A stretch of DNA of 61,774 bases, filler included. It is 6 parts of 6 records of this genome, joined end to end, with 100 filler letters (N's around TTAATTAATTAA, not from the genome) between each part and the next. Parts side by side here need not be neighbours in the genome. Positions count along the whole stretch, not along the records: positions 36,840 to 46,440 come from SRR31147125_3321; positions 46,541 to 54,416 come from SRR31147125_3330; positions 54,517 to 61,774 come from SRR31147125_3353; 3 more parts are not named here. One strand, 5' to 3'. A model generated the notes under the pieces. It made no database searches. It was not told where the DNA came from and worked only from the letters and a program-made list of their open reading frames with translations. This document shows positions 44,078-54,702 of the stretch, one piece after another. The stretch's first letter is position 1, and the number at the start of each line of letters is the position of its first letter. Made by a program: the position numbers and the translations under genes.

Positions 44078-44928
44078 ATGGACACCCTGTATAAAAAGAC
44101 AATACGCCTTTTCCCTCTGTTTCTCATGCTTGTATTAACCGGATGCGGATATCAGCAATTCAAAACCGATCTGTTCTCATCCTTTGAGCATGAGTCTCAG
44201 GTCGGGCCCACCGGACTGGCATGGGATGGTAAAAACCTGGTCATGGCAAGCGGGGATCAGATTTTGTTTGCCCGGAACATTTCAACGGATCCTTATTACA
44301 CATTTTCCAAAGATTCACTGATCAACGGCGGAGCATATACATCCGGTCGATTCCCCGGACCCGAGCGTCGGCCCATGGATATCTGCGGGATGACATGGGA
44401 AGGCGAGTGCTGCGGTGAAGGCTTCTTATGGCTTGTGGATATGAAAAGGGATCAGATTCTCAAGTTGAAGCCGAACCGGGAATTGGTTCTGAAGATGGAC
44501 TCGCCGGTGAAAAACCCAACGGCATTGCGTTTGACGGCCATGGATTGTGGCTTGTCTCCAAGTCCAGCCGGAAGATCGTCCATTTTAATCCGGAGCTGCA
44601 GGCCATTGTGAATGTCTATTTCTCTCCCGTTGCGCGTCCCGCAGGATTGGCCTGGGAGCGGGGCGGCTATATCTGGGTTGTGGGTGTGGATGATTGCAGA
44701 TCCGCTGCAGGCGAATGTACGGACGCGCGTTTGGTGAGATTGAATATTGAAACCGGCCGGTTTACCCATGAAATGAAATTACCGCCCATGTTGTCAACCC
44801 CATCCTCGGTGGCATTGACCGATGATCATTTCTGGGTCGGAGATTTCAATTTGAACAGAGTTTTCAAAATTCCCTTCAAAGAGAGAAAAATGAAGGAATT
44901 GACCATAAAGCCCAACGATTTCAGCTAA
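44078..44928 (+). CDS. Lipoprotein with beta-propeller-type repeats, frameshifted near 44512
   Basis: Lipobox LTGC; repeated P.GLAWDG..LW units across both ORFs. Confidence 0.65.
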
Positions 44929-44991
44929 TAAAAATGGGTTATTTGAAGTTGACTGTAGGCTTTTTCATCTAATAAAAAGGAATTACAGATC

Positions 44992-45978
44992 ATGTCACAA
45001 AAACAATCCCTTTCATTGGAAATGCAGGCACCTGTCGTTGGAGCAAGAGACGGTTATTGCCGACTGAAAACTGGTGGGAAGATGATTCAGTCGGTTCTTT
45101 TAATTTTTATCTTTACCATGATGTCGACCTTGATGTCTTCTGTTCCAATTTTTGCAGAAGAGATTCTTTTCGAACCTCAGCCCATGGAAGTCGGTATAAC
45201 GGAAGATGCGGATGCCGTTTCGGATACTGAAGTAATATTCAAGAATCCCCCATACCATTTTTATTATCCGCTGATGGATTGTGTGGGATACATCAAACCT
45301 GAAAAAGATCCGGCGATTGGGAAGATCGGTGAAACATTGCCGTTGTGTCAAAAGAAGATTCAAGAAGGTTCCAAGGTCTATCTTGAAATTGAAGACGAGT
45401 CCATGGTCACCCTTGGGGATCGGTTTCAGCTGCTCAGGATATTACCCCTTTCAAAAACGCGCTATCCTTCGCTATCCGGACATCAGCACGTCATCACCGG
45501 AATTGTCGAAGTCATCAAATTAAAAAAAGACCCCTGTAAATATCCTGATCAACACCCCCGACCCCAAGGAAAAATCGTGACAGCGTATCGGGAGATTCTC
45601 CTTAATGACATTCTGGTGCCGTACAACAAGCAGAATTCCAGAATTTTGGTGGTTGCTCCCAATGATCAGGTGCGCGGTAAAATTTTGTTTTCCGAAGAAC
45701 ACGCAACATCCATTACGGAAGATGCCGTGGTCTTCATTGATAAAGGGAAAATCCACGGATTGAAAATCGGTCAACTATACGATATCTACAATCAGCAAAA
45801 AGGGGATGCGGCATTTCCGACCCCTTACATGGAAAAGAGAGAGTACCTTGGGGCACTCATGGTCATCCGCATGGAAGATGAGACCGCTGCGGCGTTGATC
45901 ACCTATGCCGATAAGCCCATTACACCGGGGGATCTTTCTTTCCCTCATCTGAGATTAAGTTATAACGTAAGAGGCTAG
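44992..45978 (+). CDS. Exported hypothetical protein resembling the C-terminal beta domains of LysM/FlgT-C-type proteins
   Basis: Hydrophobic N-terminal segment; VVFIDKGKIHGLKIG..YDIY, I.PGD. Confidence 0.55.
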   Translation: MSQKQSLSLEMQAPVVGARDGYCRLKTGGKMIQSVLLIFIFTMMSTLMSSVPIFAEEILFEPQPMEVGITEDADAVSDTEVIFKNPPYHFYYPLMDCVGYIKPEKDPAIGKIGETLPLCQKKIQEGSKVYLEIEDESMVTLGDRFQLLRILPLSKTRYPSLSGHQHVITGIVEVIKLKKDPCKYPDQHPRPQGKIVTAYREILLNDILVPYNKQNSRILVVAPNDQVRGKILFSEEHATSITEDAVVFIDKGKIHGLKIGQLYDIYNQQKGDAAFPTPYMEKREYLGALMVIRMEDETAAALITYADKPITPGDLSFPHLRLSYNVRG

Positions 45979-46100
45979 AGACGAAGTCAATCCATCCGAT
46001 TCCGGTACAATCCGTTTGGATAAAAGAGAATACAAACGATTGGCCTTACGTGTTAAACTACTAGAATTTTAACGATTTTAGCCATATGTCATGATGACTT

Positions 46101-46144
46101 AACCGTCACATTTGTCGTTGCCCGGCGTAATGTGGCGGTTTTTT
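46101..46144 (+). terminator. Intrinsic terminator
   Basis: AACCGTCACATT / AATGTGGCGGTT stem followed by a T-run. Confidence 0.55.
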
Positions 46145-46308
46145 ATTGTGCAACCAAGTTTAAAACGCGAATGGGATTTGACCAGTTTTGGCGAAAAGAG
46201 ACCACAAATCTTGTTGACACACTCGACGCGATGTGATTTTTATACCCCGATTAAGTCATTCAAATGCTGAAACAATTTCGAATCCACCGAACTGATAGGT
46301 AATCGCCA

Positions 46309-46440
46309 TTGAGTACACTAAAATCTGTTTTTTCATGCTTGCGCGTTAACTGTTTCAATCGTTTGTTTCTTTTGTTCTTTCTTTTACTAATTTTTTTATC
46401 CCAAAGCACTTCTGCCACGGTCGTCCGTAAAATAACCCCC
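46309..46440 (+). CDS. N-terminal signal peptide of a truncated exported protein
   Basis: TTG start, LSTLKSV...LFLLFFLLLIFLSQSTSATVVRKITP, open to contig end. Confidence 0.4.
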
Positions 46441-46540
46441 NNNNNNNNNNNNNNNNNNNNNNNNNNNNNNNNNNNNNNNNNNNNTTAATTAATTAANNNN
46501 NNNNNNNNNNNNNNNNNNNNNNNNNNNNNNNNNNNNNNNN
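46441..46540. other. Artificial contig spacer
   Basis: N-run, TTAATTAATTAA, N-run. Confidence 0.97.
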
Positions 46541-47210
46541 CCGGGGAAGCACTGCATTGCACGAGGCTATCAGGAACCATAATCAGCATACCTGTCTGCT
46601 GCTGCTGGAACAGGGAGCGGAAATCTTTGCAGAAAACCGCTACGGAGATACCCCTATAAGTATCGCTTTTGCTGCTGGGGTAGAGATCGTTGACTGGTTC
46701 ATACAGGAATCCTCAATTGCGGATCGTGACGACAAAGGCAACACCCCGCTGCATGCCGCAATTCAGCAGAATGCTGCCGGAGATATTATACGGCTGCTTA
46801 TTAACAAAGGAGCGGATATTAACAGCCGCAATAATTTGATCAATACCCCGCTGCATACGGCGTTCCTGGCATTGAATAAGAATGCTGTAACCATACTGGT
46901 TGAAGCAAATGCCGACATCTTTTCACGAAATGGTGATGGAAGTTCTCCATTAACACTTACCTTTTCCATGGGAACAGATGCCCTGTCGTGGATTATTACA
47001 GCCGCAAACATCAATACGCTTGATCAATATGGGAATACCCCGCTGCATATTGCCGCTTCAGCAGGAAATTCTGATGCGGTGAACTATCTGCTTTCCATAG
47101 GCATTGCGGTAGAGACGAAAAACCTTGCCGGGGACACACCTGCTGATACGGCTGCAAAGCATGGATACGATGAGATTGCGGCATTGCTTGAAGAACTTCA
47201 GGGACAGTAA
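46541..47210 (+). CDS. Ankyrin-repeat protein, 5' truncated
   Basis: Repeated GNTPLH.A...LL..GAD.N units. Confidence 0.9.
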
Positions 47211-47249
47211 AGCCAGCAAACGTAAGCCGGAAAGGAGCTTTCGTACTTG

Positions 47250-47882
47250 TCATACTGCCAGGAAAAAGAACCGGGCTAAATTGATTCCGCTTTTAATGAT
47301 TATATAGTAGATGACCATACGAGGTAATCTGGACAGACTTGCCAGAAATACCTTGCCCGCGGACACCTTCAGCAGCCCCGCTATCCAGCAGATTGTAGAG
47401 AATGGAATCGGGGTCAGCCCGCCTATCACCACAGCCCAAGCCCCGTAGCGGTTTATCATGGCTTCACCGCGCTGACGATACGATTGCGTCATACGCTGAA
47501 CCGGACCAAAGTGATTCAGTCCGCGTGCAATCCAATAGCCGGAAAATCCGCCCAGGATTGAGGCCATCGACATAACGAAAAGCAGTAAGGGGGCATTCCA
47601 TTCCATGGCGAACGGGAAGACAACATCTGCTGTTGTCGGTACGATAATGGTATCAACAAGATAGACATATATCCCGACTCCGGTATACCCGAGATGCTCT
47701 CCCATCCAGATTCCGATCTGCATGAGTTGTTTACGGAACAGTATAGAGGCAATGCCGTAAACGGTCAGAACAGTAATCATAATCAGCAGCGTTCGCAGCA
47801 GCAGCACACGCCAGTTAATGGGGTTTTCTTCAATATCGCTCTTCTGTTCATCAAAAGGCTGATCGCCCTTTTTACTGCTCAT
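47250..47882 (-). CDS. YqaA/VTT (DedA-like) membrane protein
   Basis: ASILGGFSGYWI, YGAWAV, LTPIPF, SRLPR. Confidence 0.75.
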   Translation of the reverse strand: MSSKKGDQPFDEQKSDIEENPINWRVLLLRTLLIMITVLTVYGIASILFRKQLMQIGIWMGEHLGYTGVGIYVYLVDTIIVPTTADVVFPFAMEWNAPLLLFVMSMASILGGFSGYWIARGLNHFGPVQRMTQSYRQRGEAMINRYGAWAVVIGGLTPIPFSTICWIAGLLKVSAGKVFLASLSRLPRMVIYYIIIKSGINLARFFFLAV

Positions 47883-47929
47883 TTATTATCCTTCATACAC
47901 CCCGCGGCATGATAAAAACTTGTTTGGAA

Positions 47930-48655
47930 TCAAATCTCACCTTTAAGATATGCCTGTCGTTCCGGTTCCGGAAACTTCTCAATGGCATAGCGAAGCATGG
48001 TTCTCGGCATTGTTTTATAGCGTCCGTCCAGAAACTCACGCTCTGCCTGCGGGTCACGGTTGCCCACCTCTCGCAGCATCCATCCCACTGCCTTGTGTAT
48101 CAAATCGTGCGGATGATCCAGAAGCATGTCGGAAATCTCAAAGGTTGTCGTGTAATCTTCAAGACGAATAAAATACATGGTTGTTATGATGGAAATTCTC
48201 TGATGCCAGAGGTTCTCGCTTAACGCCATCTCAACGAGCGGCTGGCGATCCCGTTCCATGAACCATGGCCCAAGGATTTTGTAGCTCGTGACATCAACCA
48301 AATCCCAATTATTAATATAATCCAGATGGGTCAGATAAAAATTCACGTAGGGTTCGGGATGCTCACGGCCTTTCCTGCTCCCGGCTCCATATACCAGCAT
48401 GAGCAGTCCAGTCATTCGATAGTCATGTATTTTGCCACGGACCAGAATACTTAATTCATCAAAAGAACAAAACCGATAGTGCAGGCGTGCGATTTTACGC
48501 TGTTCGGGTATGCTGACTCCCAGAAACATATCACCCTCACCATATTCTCCCGGACCGGTTTTAAAGAAACGCTGTAGCTGTACTGCCTTTTGCGGATCCC
48601 CAAGTCTTTCGAGTTCTTCTATTATGTCGCCGGCAGAAGTTTGCTTTTCATCCAT
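47930..48655 (-). CDS. AlkD-like DNA alkylation repair protein
   Basis: FFKTGPGEYGEGD, NNWDLVD, DLIHKAVGWMLRE, RTMLRYAIE. Confidence 0.88.
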   Translation of the reverse strand: MDEKQTSAGDIIEELERLGDPQKAVQLQRFFKTGPGEYGEGDMFLGVSIPEQRKIARLHYRFCSFDELSILVRGKIHDYRMTGLLMLVYGAGSRKGREHPEPYVNFYLTHLDYINNWDLVDVTSYKILGPWFMERDRQPLVEMALSENLWHQRISIITTMYFIRLEDYTTTFEISDMLLDHPHDLIHKAVGWMLREVGNRDPQAEREFLDGRYKTMPRTMLRYAIEKFPEPERQAYLKGEI

Positions 48656-48682
48656 ACTCCACCTCCCATCGATATACTCCGT

Positions 48683-49888
48683 CTATGAAAATATCTCTTC
48701 AAACGCTTGCAGAAAATCAGGAATCCCGGCAGTATTCTCCCCTTTGCCCTGCCAAACCGGAGGCCGGCCGCCGCCTTTTGCTCCGATAATGGGAAACAGC
48801 TTCTCTTTCACGATCGAGAAATTAATTAATCCTTCACGATTTGACGCAATTGACCAGATTAATCCTTCCGCTGCCGATGAACCGGCCTGCACCCCGCAAA
48901 AGACAATATCTTTATCCTGCGGCAAGTTCTTTACCGCAAGCTTGAGAAATCCCCGGGCTTCCTGGCTGAAGTCGCCGCTTACGAGCAGGATTCCATGGCT
49001 CTTTTCCGCTGATTGAAATATCTGATCCATACGCAGTTCCGCAATACGGTTTTCAAGTTCGTTCACCCTCTGTGTCAACTCTCTCTGCCTGTCGTTTCTG
49101 GTCTCAGCCTGCGGAACAATTTCCTCAAGCGGAACCGAATAGAGCTCTCCCAGTCGAGAAGTTACCTCTGTTTTTATACGATAGTCGATCAAGGCCCGCT
49201 TACCCACTTTCCAGTAGAGACGAACATGACCCCTGATTTTTTCCGTTCCGATCCAGGCCGCCAGACGAACTTCACTGCTGTCCCTGGTATGCATACCGCC
49301 GCAGGCAACGATATCGTACTCACCCACCCGTACCAGTCTGATATCACCAGACACCTTGGGGGGACGACGTAATTTCATCTCAGAAGCCTTGCTGTCATCA
49401 ACAATAAAGGATTCCACCGCTATCTTTTCCGAAATAATACGGTTGGTTATTTCCTCGATCGTGTGAATTTCATCTTCCCCAACACTGTCACGGTCGGTCT
49501 CGATTGTCAGGTAATCAACACCCTGATGAACCGAAACGGTGCCAATTCCCAATTCGGAATGCATTACCCCGGAGATAATATGCTGACCGGTATGCTGCTG
49601 CATGAAATCATAGCGCCAATCCCAGTCCAAAGCAGCCTCAACGCTGTCTCCAACCGAAAATTGCGGTTTTTCCTCTATCAGGTGCATGATGGTTCCATCT
49701 TTTTTTCGAGTATCAGTAACTTTCTGTCCATTCAGCAAACCCCGGTCTCCCGGCTGTCCGCCGCCTTCAGGGTAGAAAATCGTTCGATCCAGTTCCACCA
49801 TCCAGGTATCATGTTTTTCCGTTATGTCAGTTACCACGGATGTGATGCTTTTTTTGTATTGGTCTGTATAATGTATCTGTTCAGTCAT
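48683..49888 (-). CDS. AlaX-type alanyl-tRNA editing protein with DHHA1 domain
   Basis: FYPEGGGQPGD, QQHTGQH, CGGMH, GAKGGG; likely start MTEQ at 49888. Confidence 0.85.
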   Translation of the reverse strand: MTEQIHYTDQYKKSITSVVTDITEKHDTWMVELDRTIFYPEGGGQPGDRGLLNGQKVTDTRKKDGTIMHLIEEKPQFSVGDSVEAALDWDWRYDFMQQHTGQHIISGVMHSELGIGTVSVHQGVDYLTIETDRDSVGEDEIHTIEEITNRIISEKIAVESFIVDDSKASEMKLRRPPKVSGDIRLVRVGEYDIVACGGMHTRDSSEVRLAAWIGTEKIRGHVRLYWKVGKRALIDYRIKTEVTSRLGELYSVPLEEIVPQAETRNDRQRELTQRVNELENRIAELRMDQIFQSAEKSHGILLVSGDFSQEARGFLKLAVKNLPQDKDIVFCGVQAGSSAAEGLIWSIASNREGLINFSIVKEKLFPIIGAKGGGRPPVWQGKGENTAGIPDFLQAFEEIFS

Positions 49889-50079
49889 GACAAACATTGT
49901 AAGCAGAATCATTCCCGGGGACAAGCTCCTGTGCCCTTTCGTGTCACATTCCTTCCCCGGCAGCAGGATATGAAGAAAAGAGGATTGATCATGCACTTTT
50001 TCTTGATATCAATCGAATTCTTCTATATCTTCTAATTGATATGTGATCTCATCGGTCACCAATAAGGAGAATCTGTATC

Positions 50080-50682
50080 ATGAGAATTAAATCAGCTTTG
50101 GAAATAGCCCTGGAGAGAACCGAATCCGTTGAAGGCGATCCGGAGAAAATCAGGATCAGCGAACTGGTAAAAAAAGGCAAAAGGTTGATGGGTTCTTTTA
50201 TTCTTAACCATGATGCAACTATTGAAACCCTGAAGAAAGAGTTCGATCAGGTTCCCGAAAATGATAAAGAGATTATCCGTACCAATATGGTAGAAACACT
50301 TCTTGCTAATGTTGTCCTGCCCCAGGATGAACTGTATGTACAGCATCTTGGGAAACTGAAGCAGGGACTTGAGTATTTAGCGGGAGATATCAATAGAGGC
50401 GAAGATGTTACCGCACTTTTCGGCCAGGTGGACCAACTGTTCCAGCAGTATCTGCAGTCCCGTGATCAGCTGTTAGAGATGGCAAAACAGCAATATGAAC
50501 CGCAGCTGAAGCAGAAGGAAGAGCAGCTGTCCCGGCAGACGGGTCGTCAGGTAACTCTGCAGCCCGAACAGGACCCCGATTTTCTGAAATTCCTTGAAGC
50601 CAATTACAAGCGGCTGGAAGAAGGATACCAGGAAGCGATTGTGAATATCAGAGGTCAGATAGGACAGTTGATAGCGGGTTAA
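50080..50682 (+). CDS. Conserved helical hypothetical protein (DUF6657-like)
   Basis: IKSALEIALERT N-terminus and PEQDPDF near the C-terminus; RBS AAGGAG. Confidence 0.6.
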   Translation: MRIKSALEIALERTESVEGDPEKIRISELVKKGKRLMGSFILNHDATIETLKKEFDQVPENDKEIIRTNMVETLLANVVLPQDELYVQHLGKLKQGLEYLAGDINRGEDVTALFGQVDQLFQQYLQSRDQLLEMAKQQYEPQLKQKEEQLSRQTGRQVTLQPEQDPDFLKFLEANYKRLEEGYQEAIVNIRGQIGQLIAG

Positions 50683-50876
50683 ATACCTATATCCACATCT
50701 GTTTTTTGTTTTCAAACGTGCATTATTACTCGAATTTTTATAGATATATCAATCTTACCTCTTGATCCCTAACTCAGGTGTAGTTTCTAATTTGTTATTA
50801 TAAAACTATTTACGTGGCGCATTCGAAAAATAGATCAGATTCAGGAAATATTTTTAACTTTTTTCATTTTATTATC

Positions 50877-50933
50877 TTGACAAATCAGCATACCTGATCT
50901 ACTCTACTAGTGTATTAGTTACTTAGTACACTA
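50877..50933 (+). promoter_or_regulatory. Sigma70 promoter and YtrA-type operator
   Basis: TTGACA 50877-50882, 17 bp spacer, TACTCT 50900-50905; TAGTGTA-N12-TACACTA inverted repeat 50908-50933. Confidence 0.7.
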
Positions 50934-50966
50934 AACCATTAAGAGTATCATAATAAGGAGTACCAT

Positions 50967-51800
50967 ATGATAACACTGAAAGATATTTCATTTCATTACA
51001 GCAAAGCACAGCTGTTCAATGGACTGACACTTGATATACCCGGAGGAAATATTTACGGCCTGCTGGGTATGAACGGTGCCGGTAAAACCACACTGTTGAA
51101 AATTATATCCGGTCAGCTCTACTGTAAAACAGGAGACGCTGAAGTACTTGGATATGATCCGCAAAAAAGAAATCCGGAAATGCTTGAAAAGATTTTCTAC
51201 CTGCCGGAGGAATTCTATCTCCCCAACATAAAACTGAACGAGTATCTGAAAATCAACGCACCATTTTACCCGAAATTCGACAAACCGGCATTTTTCTCGT
51301 ACACCGATTCCTTCGGGCTTGATTTCGACAAGAAACTGAACGAATTGTCATACGGGCAGAAAAAGAAATTCCTGCTTTCATTCGGGCTGGCATCCAACAC
51401 ATCACTGCTGATTCTGGATGAACCTACTAATGGACTGGACATTCCGTCGAAAAGCCAGTTCAGGCGAACCGTTGCCGCGGCAATGACCGATGACCGGACC
51501 TTCATCATCTCCACACATCAGGTGCGGGACATGGAGAACCTCATTGATCCTATTATCATCCTGCATGAGGGACGGGTAGTTTTCCACAGTGCTCTTGCAA
51601 GCGTGGCAGAACATGTATCACTGCAGGTAATGCCGACCGAACCGACCGATAGTGATTGTCTCTATAAGGAAAAAGTTCCCGGTGGCTGGTCTGTGATTAC
51701 CGCACGCGGTGAAAACGATCCGGAAACAAATATCGACCTTGAAACTCTTTTCAATGCCGTCGTTTCAACCCCAGAATCAATTGCAAAATTCATTCAGTAA
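50967..51800 (+). CDS. ABC-2 type ATP-binding protein
   Basis: GMNGAGKTT, LSYGQ, LDEPTNGLD, ISTH. Confidence 0.9.
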   Translation: MITLKDISFHYSKAQLFNGLTLDIPGGNIYGLLGMNGAGKTTLLKIISGQLYCKTGDAEVLGYDPQKRNPEMLEKIFYLPEEFYLPNIKLNEYLKINAPFYPKFDKPAFFSYTDSFGLDFDKKLNELSYGQKKKFLLSFGLASNTSLLILDEPTNGLDIPSKSQFRRTVAAAMTDDRTFIISTHQVRDMENLIDPIIILHEGRVVFHSALASVAEHVSLQVMPTEPTDSDCLYKEKVPGGWSVITARGENDPETNIDLETLFNAVVSTPESIAKFIQ

Positions 51801-51810
51801 GGAGTACATA

Positions 51811-52599
51811 ATGAAACTTATACACCTTTTACGAAAAGAATTACTGGAAAGCAGAAAAGGGATGCTGATTTATGGCCTTACCATGTTTGTCGTCATGCTG
51901 CTCCCCAGTGTTCTGACAGCCATATTCACTAATCCTGTGTCACAATATCAGGAAGGATCTTATGAACCATTCTTCTTTGGATTCCTGTTTGTTGGCGGAT
52001 TCATCATAACAAGTCTGGCATTTACCGAGGAGATGTACGGAAAATCAACCCAGCATAACTGGATGATGCTGCCGGCCTCACCGCTGGAAAAACTTACCGT
52101 TAAATTTCTGGTAACTGCTATCATTTACCCGATCGTACTGCTGGCTTTCATCTCGGTATCATCACTGGTAATCGAAGGTTTCAATCAGCTTATTTTCAGA
52201 CAGCATATACCGGTTCTGAACTTTTTCAATGGCTATTACTGGAAGACTCTTCTGTACTACATAGTCGCACAGTCTATCTTCCTTATGGGATCAGCCTATT
52301 TTCGGAAAGCGGCATTTATTAAAACCGTGCTGATGATCGGACTCGTGGGTTTCGCGATTGGTCTGGTATCTCTCATTGCGGGACGATTTTTATTCGGAAG
52401 CTATTTCCAGGGAATGCAGTTCGATGAAAACCTCTTCATCAACAACTATGTGATTCGTTTCGATTCTCCAGATCAGATTGTGGAATTCAGAACTTTTGAA
52501 GTTATCGGAAAAGTACTGTTCTGGGTTTGTGTAGCTCCGTTCAGCTGGATTGTCAGCTATGTAAGAATACGGGAGGTACAGGCGTATGATGCAGTTTAA
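51811..52599 (+). CDS. ABC-2 type membrane protein
   Basis: About six TM helices, MLPASPLEK; AAGGAG RBS before ATG 51811. Confidence 0.75.
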   Translation: MKLIHLLRKELLESRKGMLIYGLTMFVVMLLPSVLTAIFTNPVSQYQEGSYEPFFFGFLFVGGFIITSLAFTEEMYGKSTQHNWMMLPASPLEKLTVKFLVTAIIYPIVLLAFISVSSLVIEGFNQLIFRQHIPVLNFFNGYYWKTLLYYIVAQSIFLMGSAYFRKAAFIKTVLMIGLVGFAIGLVSLIAGRFLFGSYFQGMQFDENLFINNYVIRFDSPDQIVEFRTFEVIGKVLFWVCVAPFSWIVSYVRIREVQAYDAV

Positions 52600-52969
52600 G
52601 GAACAGAAATCAATCTATCTGCAGATAGCGGAATATATGGAGGACAATATACTTATGGGAGTATGGAAAAACGGTGAACGGATACCATCAATCCGGGAAA
52701 CAGCAGTTCAGATGGAGGTCAATCCCAATACGGTGATGCGGACCTACAATTCACTGCAGGAGAAGGGAATTATCTTCAACAAACGGGGAATCGGTTATTT
52801 TATCGCAACCGACGCGCAGGAAGCGGTGCTGGGCGAGAAACGTCAGCTGTTTATTAACGAATTGCTGCCGGATCTATTCAAGACAATGCGGACATTGAAG
52901 ATTTCACCCGATGAAATCATCGCCCTCTACGAAAAATCCAATAAGGAGCTGCAACATGAAGACAAGTAA
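52586..52969 (+). CDS. GntR-family regulator, YtrA subfamily
   Basis: IYLQIA, PSIRE.A...VNPNTV.RTY, RGIG; short C-terminus. Confidence 0.9.
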   Translation: MMQFKEQKSIYLQIAEYMEDNILMGVWKNGERIPSIRETAVQMEVNPNTVMRTYNSLQEKGIIFNKRGIGYFIATDAQEAVLGEKRQLFINELLPDLFKTMRTLKISPDEIIALYEKSNKELQHEDK

Positions 52970-53111
52970 TAAATTGCTGCTGGGAGCATTCGGCGTTCTG
53001 GTAATAATTACCATAGCATTCCTGATTACAGGAAAAACGGTTCTGGACAGAAGACTGGACAGAAGACATGCTGAACTTCCGCCTGCCGTAGTCTTGGTTG
53101 AGGAGGTTTAA
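52956..53111 (+). CDS. Small single-TM protein
   Basis: AAGGAG RBS; MKTSNKLLLG then a hydrophobic helix; overlaps the GntR stop. Confidence 0.55.
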   Translation: MKTSNKLLLGAFGVLVIITIAFLITGKTVLDRRLDRRHAELPPAVVLVEEV

Positions 53112-53219
53112 TCACCCTTCTGAGACACGCTACCCCCTGCAGGGGAATATATACCTAGCGGTGGATGTATGACTTGAATGAAAGTCAATTTTCCCACCGA
53201 TAATAAACATATATAATAT

Positions 53220-53268
53220 GAGGGCTGCAAAGTTGGTTTACTATTTCGAACCAACAGATGCAGCCCTC
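53220..53268. terminator. Two-part hairpin between convergent genes
   Basis: GAGGGCTGCA/TGCAGCCCTC outer stem and GTTGGTT/AACCAAC inner stem. Confidence 0.5.
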
Positions 53269-53314
53269 TTCATTTACGTTCTTTTGTGATAATTGGTTTG
53301 TGGAAAAAATCAGC

Positions 53315-54416
53315 CTACCAGAATTTCTCCATGCGCGCTTTCAGCTCAGCTGTGTAGGCATCCCAATCTTCGATCGGGTATTTAGCCAGACCTTCTTCAC
53401 AGGCGGCCTTTGCAACCGCAACAGCTTCCCATTCGATTACACGGGGATCAAAAGGTTTGGGGACGATGTAATTAGGACCGAAAGAAAAATCTGTTCCACC
53501 GTATGCTTCTTTTACTGACTGGGGAACCGGTTCCTTGGCCAGTGCCGCAAGAGCTTTTGCTGCCGCCATCTTCATACCCTCGGAAATCTTGGTAGCCCGC
53601 ACATCCATCGCGCCGCGAAAGATAAAAGGGAATCCTAGTACGTTGTTAATCTGGTTCGGATAATCTGATCGACCGGTAGCCATAATCAGATCATCTCTGG
53701 TTGCTGTTGCCAGTTCATAGGTAATTTCAGGATTTGGATTACTCATGGCAAATACGATTGGTTTTGCGGCCATGGAGAGCAGCATTTCGGGTGTTACACA
53801 GTCAGCAACCGAGAGCCCGATAAACACATCGGCACCGTTTATTGCATCTGCAAGAGTTCGCGCATCGGTTTCAACAGCCAATTCTTCCTTTTCAGGAGTC
53901 ATGCGCTCAGTTCGATCTTTGTAGATTACACCGCGACTGTCGCACATGATGATGTTCTCTTTTTTTACGCCTGCATCGGCAAACATCTTAGAGCAGGATA
54001 CACCCGCAGCGCCGGCACCGTTGAAGACTACTTTCAAGTCTGCAAGTTTTTTCCCGACAATTTCGGCTGCATTCATCACACCAGCGGTAGAGATGATTGC
54101 TGTACCGTGCTGGTCATCGTGAAAGATGGGGATTTCGCATGCTTCAATCAGGGTCTGTTCAATTTCAAAACATTCAGGAGCCTTGATATCTTCAAGGTTC
54201 ACACCGCCGAAGGTGGGTTCCATCATCTTTACGACTTCAATGATCTTTTGGGGATCTTTGGTATCGAGTTCGATATCGAATACATCAATGTCGGCAAATC
54301 TTTTAAAGAGGACGCCTTTTCCTTCCATAACCGGTTTCGAAGCAAGTGCCCCTCGGTCTCCCAGACCAAGAATAGCGGTACCATTGGATACTACTGCAAC
54401 AAGGTTGCCTTTAGCA
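53315..54416 (-). CDS. NAD(P)-dependent malic enzyme (no PTA fusion), 5' truncated
   Basis: [47 protein letters not shown]. Confidence 0.92.
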
Positions 54417-54516
54417 NNNNNNNNNNNNNNNNNNNNNNNNNNNNNNNNNNNNNNNNNNNNTTAATTAATTAANNNNNNNNNNNNNNNNNNNNNNNNNNNN
54501 NNNNNNNNNNNNNNNN
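54417..54516. other. Artificial contig spacer
   Basis: N-run, TTAATTAATTAA, N-run. Confidence 0.97.
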
Positions 54517-54575
54517 ACCCAACAAGTGGCTTTAGCCACTTGCTGCTTATAGCACACCAGGCATTCCCAAGCCAT
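54517..54575. repeat. REP-like repeat, copy 1 (palindrome CAAGTGGCT-TT-AGCCACTTG plus tail)
   Basis: 53/59 identical to 56759-56817; sits at the contig edge. Confidence 0.8.
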
Positions 54576-54702
54576 GACAACCTATGAATAACGGTCCTCT
54601 ACCCCAACCAGATCGACAACGACCTCGGACCTGCGGCTGTCATAAAACTCCTGAATATCTCTTTAAAAGTCTCATTTGGGATAGACCGACCTTTTCAATT
54701 TC

